Notes under the pieces: generated by a model
What the model was told of the DNA's origin: nothing
Databases searched by the model: none
What the model saw: the letters and a program-made list of their open reading frames with translations, nothing else
From: an uncultured Lentisphaerales bacterium
GTDB lineage: Bacteria; Verrucomicrobiota; Lentisphaeria; JABSQK01; UBA12247
DNA length: 34,297 nt
Reading direction: 5' to 3'
Assembly (NCBI GenBank): GCA_943788985.1
Contig: CALSSJ010000045.1
Location: 1 to 34,297, forward strand
Translations under genes and position numbers: made by a program
Shown: in pieces, positions 26,713 to 34,297 of the stretch
How positions within the stretch are numbered: the first letter of the stretch is position 1
Layout: every line of letters begins with the position of its first letter

Positions 26713-29700
26713 ATCGAACCGTTCCGACTTACCATCCTTGGTGCCCTTCTTCTTGCGCTGGGGGTCAGTGCGGCCGGCCAGCCGATAAAGGCGCTGTTGA
26801 TTACCGGCGGCTGCTGCCACGATTACCCACGTCAACAAGAGATCATCCCCAACGGGATTGCAGCCCGCACGAGCATTCCGATCGATTGGACAGTGGTTCT
26901 GGACGCCAGCAACGGCGGCAAGATTCCCTTTCAGGCCAGCGCAGACTGGGCCAAGGACTACGACGTGGTGGTGCATAACGAATGCCACGCAGGTGTCACG
27001 GACAAGGACTGGGTGGAGAACATCCTCAAGCCACACCGTGAAGGAACGCCGGCAGTGGTCGTTCATTGCGCGATGCACAGCTACCGCACTGGGGACGAGG
27101 CCTGGTTTGACTTTCTTGGGGTCACCAGCCACCGCCATGGAGCTCGCTATCCCTTCGAGGTACGGAACCTCGCCACCGATAATCCGATCATGAAGAGCTT
27201 CGGTGATAGCTGGATGACACCCCAGGGAGAATTGTATCTCATCAGCAAGCTTGGAGAGAGAACCACACCCCTCGCCCATGCTTTTAGCCGAGATTCCAAG
27301 AAGAATGAAGTCTGCATTTGGACCAATCAGTATGGCAAGGCCCGAGTGTTTGGCACGACTCTGGGACACCATAACGAAACCATGGCTGCGGCGCCATTCT
27401 TAGATACGGTTACGCGCGGATTGCTGTGGAGCGTGGACCGACTGGACGACGTTGTATTGCGGGACGCGCCCGCATTCGACCTCACTACGGTTGCGCACAT
27501 CGCAAGCGCCACGCGGAAGCCAAAGAAGGGCAAAAAGGCGAAGAAACCAAAAGTACAGCTTCCTACGGGACAGGCTCCAGATAATCTCGCGCTCGGCAGG
27601 AAGGCCAGCGCGCCCAAGAGCCAGAAGCCCCATCCGCCGCAGAACGCGGTCGATGGCGACCTCGAGACCCGCTGGTGCAGTCCAAACGGGGCCGCTGGCC
27701 ATCCCTGGCAGGTCGATCTAGGCCACCCCCAAGAACTCTCCGGAGCCAGGATCGTCTGGGAAGCAGGGGTGCTCTATCAATACACAGTCGAAGGATCCGC
27801 CGATGGCAAAACCTGGTCTATGCTGAGCGATCAGCGCAAGCGAACGAAGCGCGAGCAGGTTCACCAGCTGACGTTCACCGCCAAAAGTATTCGCCACATT
27901 CGGGTAATTACGACCAAACTCCAAGGAAGCTGGGGCAGCTTCTGGGAGTTCGAAGCGCATGGCACCAAGCTGGTCGACGGTACGGCAGTGGCAGCCAAAC
28001 CAAAGAAGGCCAAGAACAAGGCCGAACCCAAGAAGGCAGAGGGCCTCTCCATAAGTGGGCCTAAGGGCTTGGAATTCAGCGAGTTTTCGGGGCCTGCTCG
28101 CACGCCGTGTGTGGCCTGTATTGGAGTCACGCCCGCCGGTGTAGTGTACGCGGGGGTGGATCGCATCGGCTCGTTGGGCAAAGGCTCCGGCAAAGGCAGG
28201 ATCATTCGCCTGACTGACGCCAATCATGACGGCGTCCACGACTCGCACAGCGTCTTTGCGGTACTCGACAACCCACGCGGCATTTTGCCGTTTGGCGATA
28301 AGGTCTACGTGCTCCACACCGAATGGAGCGGCGAGAAGACCTTTGTGGGCATGCATCTTTCCGTGTTGACCGATGCCAATGCTGACGGGAAGGCCGACGG
28401 CCCGCCCCGGTACTTGGTCAAGGATATCAGCACGCGAAAATCCAATGAGCAGCGTGGTGCAGACCACACCACGAACGGCATCCGCATGGGTATCGACGGC
28501 TGGATTTATGTGGCTGTAGGCGACTACGGGTTCGTCGACGCAACGGGCTCTGACGGCACGAAGTTAACGATGTACGGCGGCGGCATCGTCCGCGTACGCC
28601 CGGACGGTAGCGAGCTTGAAACCTACACGCATGGCATGCGGAATATCTATGACGTGGCCATCGACCCTTATCTGAATCTCTTCACCTTTGGTAACACCAA
28701 TGATGGCGGTGGTTGGAACGTCCGGTTCAATCATCACGTCCAAACCGGCGAGTATGGCTACCCAACGCTGTTCAAACGCTATACCAGCGAGATCATTCCT
28801 GCATTGGTCGACCTCGGCGGTGGCTCCGGAACTGGCTCGATGTTCTTTGACGAACCTGGCTGGCCCGCGGCGTTTACCGCAGTTCCGATGATGTGCGACT
28901 GGGGGCGGGGGCAGCTCTTTATTCACCGCGTCACCGAGGACGGCCCGAGTTTTACCCAGGAGCAGGAAGCGTTCATCAATTGCCGGCACATTACCGACGT
29001 CGATTGTGATGCATCCGGGCGGCTCTTTATCGGAAGCTGGGGAACATCGGGATTTAGCGGTGGCAGCGACGGCTTTGTTGCCCGGGTTGTCCCCAAAGGC
29101 TGGACCTACAAAGAGTTCCCAGCACTCAAGGGCCTGAATGATGCCGACCTTTCAGACCTCCTAACCAGCGCCAGCACGAAGGCCAGGCAGCATGCCCAGC
29201 AGGAGATTCTCCGGCGTGGCGGCAACGGCGCTGAGGTCCGCAACATTGCGCTCGATGCCAGTGTCGATCCCAAGGCGCGGATCGCGGCGATGTATACGCT
29301 CAAGCAGCTGCTGGGCCCCGGCTCACACGCTGACCTTCTTGCATTGGCGGATGATTCTGCGGTCGCCGAGCATGCGCTCCGGGCGCTTGCTGATCGTAAG
29401 TCGCAGGTTGCCGGCGTTCCGCTCAGGCCTTTCATTGAGGCGTTGACCAGTGACAATCAGCGCGTTCGCTCGGCTGCGGCCGTGGCCTTGGGCCGTCTTG
29501 GCGACAAAGCCGCTGCCAGCGCTCTGCTGTCCATCTCAAACCCTCCTGCTGTCGATCCGCTGCCAGTGCAGAAGCAGACTACGGGGGCAGTCAAGAAAAA
29601 CAAAGCCAATCAGAGCCCCCTGATTACCGGCACCAAAACCCACACCTTTGATGTGGAAATCAAGGGCTGGAAGACGCTCGTGCTAAGCGTGGACGATGGC

Positions 29701-31056
29701 GGCGATACGACCGGAAGTGATCACGGGGCTTGGTTCGAGCCTACCCTCGTAAAAATAGACGGCTCCATCTTGAAGCTGACCGACTTGGATTGGACTAAGG
29801 CGACGCAGGGCTGGGGCAGTACTGGCGTAGGCATCAGCCCCACCGGAAACCCTTTGGCGCGGGCGGACAAAAAGCCGTTAGCTTTCGGAATCGGCACGCA
29901 TTCTGCAGGGGCTATTACTTGGCGTTTGCCGTCGGATGCGGCCCGCATCAAAGTCGAGGCTGGCCTAGCAAGCACGGCTGGTGGAGGGGGGAGCGTCCGA
30001 TTCCACGTGGGGCAGACGGCACCCGCCAAGGTCGGGAACGCGGCAAAGAACGTAATTGCCGAGGGTCCTCACGCAGAGCCCAACCCTGACAGCATCGTCC
30101 CTCATGTCGCCCGTCAGGCACTCGTTGCCTTGCGTGCTGGCGAAGCTTGCGTTGACGCCATCGGTGGCCCGGATCAGGCAGGCGCCCTGATGGCCATGCG
30201 CTACATGCACAGTCCGCAGGTCGTAGACGCTTTAATTGCTCGCCTTGAGTCTAGCAGCGACTCCGACACTAAGCAACGCATCGCTCGTACGCTCGTGCGT
30301 CTCGCAAATCGGGAGAAGCCCTTCACTGGCGAGACTTGGTGGCACACACGTCCGGACACACGCGGGCCCTATTACTACCCGACGCCTTGGGACAAATCTG
30401 CAGCCATTGAGGCCGCATTGCTCAAGGCGGCTGACAGCGGGGATCCCGCGCTCAGGTACGTCATTGCTGCGCTCGCCACCAAAGATCGCGTAGAGATCGC
30501 CGCGCTTAGCAAGACAAAGGCAGCAACCAAAGCCGCCGCTCCGGAGCAGCCCAGTGTGGACCTTGAGGCAATCAAAAATCAGCAAGGCCAGATCGGAAAG
30601 ATGGGCCTGGAAGATATCCTCATTGCCATCGGCAAGATCAAGGGCAAGCCCAGTAGAGGCCGTGCGCTGTACACTCAGCAGGGCTGCATGGCCTGTCATG
30701 CCTTGAGTATGGATGAGGTCCAGAAAGGCCCGTACCTCGGGCAGATTGGCAGCATTATGGATGCCGAGAAGATTGCCCATAGCATCCTGCGTCCCAATGC
30801 CGAAATTTCGCAGGGCTTCAAGACCGCAATGATCCGGACTAAGAAGGGTGCCATCCATCTTGGTTTCGTTACCGAGCGGTTGAGTGATAGCATCACGATC
30901 CGGAACATTGCCGGCATGGCTACGGTGCTCGATCCTGCGGACATTGCAGAAGAAACCCTCATGCCTACTTCCATGATGCCGCCCGGCCTTGCCAACGGCA
31001 TGTCGCTCCAAGATTTTGCCTCACTGGTGCACTTTCTTGCCTCAATGAAAAAGTAG
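26713..31056 (+). CDS. Large secreted multidomain protein: ThuA - F5/8C - PVC-type dehydrogenase propeller - HEAT repeats with NPCBM insert - heme c (CxxCH)
   Basis: TGGCCHDY/TTLGHHNET (ThuA); AVDGDLETRW...WQVDLG (F5/8C); DHTTNGIRMGIDGWIY, GMRNIYD; DHGAWFEP, GIGTHS (NPCBM); CMACH and SMMPPGL. A signal peptide is encoded from 26713, but the first canonical start is TTG 26797. Confidence 0.88.
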   Translation: MEPFRLTILGALLLALGVSAAGQPIKALLITGGCCHDYPRQQEIIPNGIAARTSIPIDWTVVLDASNGGKIPFQASADWAKDYDVVVHNECHAGVTDKDWVENILKPHREGTPAVVVHCAMHSYRTGDEAWFDFLGVTSHRHGARYPFEVRNLATDNPIMKSFGDSWMTPQGELYLISKLGERTTPLAHAFSRDSKKNEVCIWTNQYGKARVFGTTLGHHNETMAAAPFLDTVTRGLLWSVDRLDDVVLRDAPAFDLTTVAHIASATRKPKKGKKAKKPKVQLPTGQAPDNLALGRKASAPKSQKPHPPQNAVDGDLETRWCSPNGAAGHPWQVDLGHPQELSGARIVWEAGVLYQYTVEGSADGKTWSMLSDQRKRTKREQVHQLTFTAKSIRHIRVITTKLQGSWGSFWEFEAHGTKLVDGTAVAAKPKKAKNKAEPKKAEGLSISGPKGLEFSEFSGPARTPCVACIGVTPAGVVYAGVDRIGSLGKGSGKGRIIRLTDANHDGVHDSHSVFAVLDNPRGILPFGDKVYVLHTEWSGEKTFVGMHLSVLTDANADGKADGPPRYLVKDISTRKSNEQRGADHTTNGIRMGIDGWIYVAVGDYGFVDATGSDGTKLTMYGGGIVRVRPDGSELETYTHGMRNIYDVAIDPYLNLFTFGNTNDGGGWNVRFNHHVQTGEYGYPTLFKRYTSEIIPALVDLGGGSGTGSMFFDEPGWPAAFTAVPMMCDWGRGQLFIHRVTEDGPSFTQEQEAFINCRHITDVDCDASGRLFIGSWGTSGFSGGSDGFVARVVPKGWTYKEFPALKGLNDADLSDLLTSASTKARQHAQQEILRRGGNGAEVRNIALDASVDPKARIAAMYTLKQLLGPGSHADLLALADDSAVAEHALRALADRKSQVAGVPLRPFIEALTSDNQRVRSAAAVALGRLGDKAAASALLSISNPPAVDPLPVQKQTTGAVKKNKANQSPLITGTKTHTFDVEIKGWKTLVLSVDDGGDTTGSDHGAWFEPTLVKIDGSILKLTDLDWTKATQGWGSTGVGISPTGNPLARADKKPLAFGIGTHSAGAITWRLPSDAARIKVEAGLASTAGGGGSVRFHVGQTAPAKVGNAAKNVIAEGPHAEPNPDSIVPHVARQALVALRAGEACVDAIGGPDQAGALMAMRYMHSPQVVDALIARLESSSDSDTKQRIARTLVRLANREKPFTGETWWHTRPDTRGPYYYPTPWDKSAAIEAALLKAADSGDPALRYVIAALATKDRVEIAALSKTKAATKAAAPEQPSVDLEAIKNQQGQIGKMGLEDILIAIGKIKGKPSRGRALYTQQGCMACHALSMDEVQKGPYLGQIGSIMDAEKIAHSILRPNAEISQGFKTAMIRTKKGAIHLGFVTERLSDSITIRNIAGMATVLDPADIAEETLMPTSMMPPGLANGMSLQDFASLVHFLASMKK

Positions 31057-31114
31057 CAGTACGTTGTCCGCTCGTAATCACCCAAATCGTCGATCTAGAT
31101 AAAAAGGACGCTCC

Positions 31115-31862
31115 ATGCACGCCACAGTTTCTTCTCCCGCTGCGCTACCTTCCGTATCCCCAATTTTTGTCCGCCTTGCCGTTCTTGGCAGCGTTAGTAT
31201 TCTGCTCGCCATTGCCTTTGGCATGGCGGACCTGTACCAGAAGCTTAGCCAAGCCCGCCCTCCGTCTGCGAGCGGGCCGACTCTTGCTGGCGCAGCCGTG
31301 GGTGACAGCGACGCAGGCAAGGCGCACTACATGACCTGTGCGCTTTGTCACGGCGACAAAGCACAAGGAAATCCTCTGATGAAGGGCCCAGCACTAGCGG
31401 GCCAGTCCGCCTGGTACGTAGCGGGCCAGCTGAAAAGCTTTCGGTTAGGGCATCGTGGTGTGGATCCCAAAGACCTGCTTGGCATGCAGATGCGTCCCAT
31501 GTCCATGGTCTTGCCGGACGACAAGGCTGTTCAAGACGTGGCTGCCTACATCGCCACGTTACCGGTAGCCAAGCCTGCGACTACGCTGACAGGCGGCGAT
31601 GTCGCTCGGGGTAAGATTACTTTTGCCGTTTGCACAGCCTGCCACGGTGCTGATGCCAAAGGCATCGAGGCCATGGGCTCCCCGACGCTGCGCAACCAGC
31701 ATGATTGGTACCTGCTTAGCTCGCTGAAGGCCTTCAAGGGCTAAGATTCGCGGATCCCACCCGGATGACGCCTTCGGCAAAACCATGCAGCCTATGGCTG
31801 CCATACTTGCTGACGAGACCGCGATGAAGGATGTGATCGCCTACATTCAATCGCTTAAGTAG
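31115..31862 (+). CDS. Membrane-anchored di-heme cytochrome c (c4/c553-like); frameshift at ~31740
   Basis: N-terminal TM; CALCH and CTACH; PALAGQSAWY; QMRPM. The second domain finishes in another frame (KIRGSHPDDAFGKTMQPMAAIL...IAYIQSLK*). Confidence 0.88.
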
Positions 31863-31898
31863 AGACAAGTCGCCGGGGATGCCCGGTGATGGACCGGT

Positions 31899-32739
31899 AT
31901 CCGCGTTCTCGTCGTAGACGGGCTTCAGCAATCACGACTGGCGGCATACTACGAGTCCAATCCGGCAGATTCTAGGCGCCCCGGGGTTGTTTGCGGTAGA
32001 CGTGTCTACTGCGCCTCCTAGCAAAGAGTCCCCCCGGGTGGGACGCCTGGTGGCCGGAGCTTGCCGACTACGATGTCGTGATCCAGAACGGTAACAGCTT
32101 GGGCGGCGGCTCCACCTGGGCCGGGCGTAGTATAGGACAGGCTGGAGAGCTTCGTGGTGAATGGGGGCGGGCTGCACATTTTTTATTCCGCGAACAATTC
32201 CTTTGAGAGTTGGTAGGAGTGCAATCAGGGTGATCGGCCTTGGCTGGCGTAAACGGGACTTCGGCACGGCTATCGCGATCGGGGGCTAACGGCTTGGAAG
32301 TACGAGTGCCTCCGGGCGACGGCGGCGACACTGGGCATGGCAAGCGAGTTGATGCGGTGCTGACCGCGGCTGGGCGAGCATCCCATCCACCAGGACTTGC
32401 CAAGGCGCTGGAATGCTGCTGATCTGGAAATCTATCACTACGCGAGAGGCCTAGCTGAGAATCTGACGGTTCTGTCCTATGCACTGGAGCCTCAGACGGG
32501 GCTTGATTTCCCGATCGAGTGGGTCATGAGCTATGGGGCAGGAAGAGTCTACAACTCCACGTTTGGCCACGTCTGGCCGGGCGATAAGAGTCCACCGGCG
32601 ATGCGCTGCCTCGCCTTCCAGACGCTGCTGGGTCCGAGCCATGCAATGGCCTAGTCGTCGTGAGGTTAGGTGGCGAATCCCGCCGGACTTCCCCGATGGC
32701 CGGCAGACATCCCTCGCAGGCCTGCCAGTGTCTGCTTGA
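31899..32739 (+). pseudogene. ThuA-like domain, broken by many frameshifts and stops
   Basis: IRVLVVDG / FSNHDWRHTT...DYDVVIQN / IGLGWRK / VPPGDGGDTGHG / LEIYHYARG...YGAGRVYNSTFGHVW / WRIPPDFP spread across frames. Confidence 0.75.
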
Positions 32740-32826
32740 TCCGTAAGCTGACCTGCCGTAGTTACCGACAGGAAGGTTGTTAGAGGAAGCGAAGGCCATA
32801 CAGGACACGGACTGCGGAATGAGCAC

Positions 32827-32857
32827 AAAAAAAGGCGGTGCATTTTCATGCACCGCC
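32827..32857 (-). terminator. Rho-independent terminator
   Basis: Stem ggcggtgcat(32834-32843)/atgcaccgcc(32848-32857) with an A7 run at 32827-32833 (U-tract on the minus strand). Confidence 0.8.
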
Positions 32858-32906
32858 TCTCGCAGGAGCAGACCTGATTTCTCAGAGGCCGCTCTGGTGA
32901 AACTGC

Positions 32907-33594
32907 CTAGTTGGCAGTGCTGGCTTCAATCTTTGCGGCTTCTTCGTCATTGACAAACATGTACACGTGGGCTGTCTCGACGACCAGCGTGTAGTTGCGC
33001 AGCAATGAGTAGCCGTAGGTCTCAGCCATCTTCGTGTTCGCCGCGTTCAAGTCGCCCATCGCTTTGTCCAGGTCGCGCTTCGCAGCGATCTCGCCTTGTT
33101 CGGACTTGGCTTGGCAACTCAATCACGCGCTCGCGCTTGGCCTGCATGACGGAGACATTGCGCTGAAACTCTTGATTGGCTTGGATGCTGTTGAGTGTGG
33201 AAACGCGGACCAGCTTGCGCTGTCCTTCTGCTGCTGGGGTAGCAGCGTCATCGACGGACCTTGCTTCTTCGTCTGAGACGAACATGTATACGTGCGCCTT
33301 CTCGACGACCAGCGTGTAATTGCGAAGCAGCGAATAGCCATAGGTCTTGAACATCTTCTGGTTGTCGTTGTTCAGCTTGGCAAGCTCGGCGTCAATAGCG
33401 GCCTTGGCTGCCTTCTTATTTTGCAATTCGATAATTTTAAGCCGCTGTGCGCGCATAATTCTGACGTTGCGCTGAAACTCTTGGTTGGCCTGAACACTGT
33501 TCAGGGTGGCAACTCGGGCGAGTTTCTGGTCTTGTGCGGTGGCGACAAAACTGAACGCAAGGATGAGACAGGAGATAAATACTGAACGGAACAT
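32907..33594 (-). CDS. Secreted hypothetical protein with two tandem copies of a ~95-aa domain; frameshift near 33120
   Basis: Signal peptide MFRSVFISCLILAFSFVATA; KLxRVxTLNSxQANQEFQRNV...TYGYSLLRNYTLVVExAHVYMFVxDEEA occurs twice. Confidence 0.8.
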
Positions 33595-33708
33595 CGTGAC
33601 CTCGGGTGATCTGGGGTGAAGAAAGGGGGAGAATATAGCCGCGGTACTTTTTTCTGCCACTGCACGCCTGCAGCATGTAATACCGGAGTTGTGGTGCGTC
33701 CGAGAGGG

Positions 33709-34297
33709 TCAGGAAGGTTCAGGCCCAAACGGCTTGAGCACGATAATCATGGATGGCAGCACGGTGAGCGCGCCAAGCAGCGCCATCAGCATGGGGGCCC
33801 CACGCCGGTCAACAGACCGAACAGTACGCTAGGGATAAAGTATCGAGAGCGCCAAAATAGCGAAGCCCACGATGATCGTGATGCTGGTGTAATACATCGC
33901 ATTGCCGATGCTGCCGTGACAGATATGCATGGTCTCGCGATAGCTTGGATTCTTCTCGAATTCCCGTCGGAATCGGTGGATGTAGTGGATCGTATTGTCC
34001 ACGGCAATGCCGATGCAGATCGCGACGATGGTGATGGTCATCATGTCCAAGGGAATCTCAGCCAGGCCCATCACACCAAGAACTGTAACCGAGGCGAGAA
34101 GATTGGGCAGGATTGCGATGATCGCAATTCTCACGGACTGAAATAGCAGCAGAAACATGAAGAAGAGGGCGGGCGACGGTCCAACCGATGGTCTTGATTT
34201 GAGAGGAAAACAGGCTCTGTAGCATGTTGTTATAGAGGACCATGAGACCGGTCAGACGAAACTGGTCTGGCTCAAGACCAACCTTCTCTTGCAGTTC
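33709..34297 (-). CDS. MMPL/RND family transporter, C-terminal part with several frameshifts
   Basis: LTGLMVLYNNMLQSLF, IAILPNLL, IPLDMMTITI, IGIAVDNTIHY, FIPSVLFGLLT, ALTVLP...KPFGPE*. Confidence 0.85.

Noticed and set aside
32960..33500. Near-identical DNA direct repeats (tcgacgaccagcgtgta.ttgcg; ttgcgctgaaactcttg) as mobile element ends
   Set aside because: They are explained by the intragenic domain duplication.

Overview
GC-rich bacterial window. Its gene families point to the PVC superphylum (Lentisphaerota/Kiritimatiellota/Verrucomicrobiota/Planctomycetota); this is inference. In order it holds: a coupled AAA+ ATPase / TPR membrane protein / (2Fe-2S) ferredoxin operon; a Gfo/Idh/MocA plus TIM-barrel sugar operon; YceI; a sulfated/acetylated fucan-degrading cluster (SASA esterase, alpha/beta hydrolase, GH29 fucosidase, S1 sulfatase); a DUF2079 membrane protein; two tandem kinase-TM-LRR receptors whose kinase domains both look catalytically impaired; AraC; a 1400-aa ThuA/F5-8C/dehydrogenase/NPCBM/heme-c protein followed by a di-heme cytochrome c; a secreted duplicated-domain protein; and the end of an MMPL/RND transporter. 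Much of the apparently intergenic space consists of gene remnants: a conserved PVC hypothetical, GT4, nqrF, a four-helix bundle, PhyH and ThuA. Several genes carry single-base frameshifts that may be long-read errors. The best candidates for novelty are the paired LRR receptor pseudokinases, a ~200-aa C-terminal domain shared by the hydrolase and the sulfatase, and the AAA+/TPR-membrane pair. No rRNA, tRNA, CRISPR array or intact transposase was seen. Family calls come from motif recognition by eye, without database searches.
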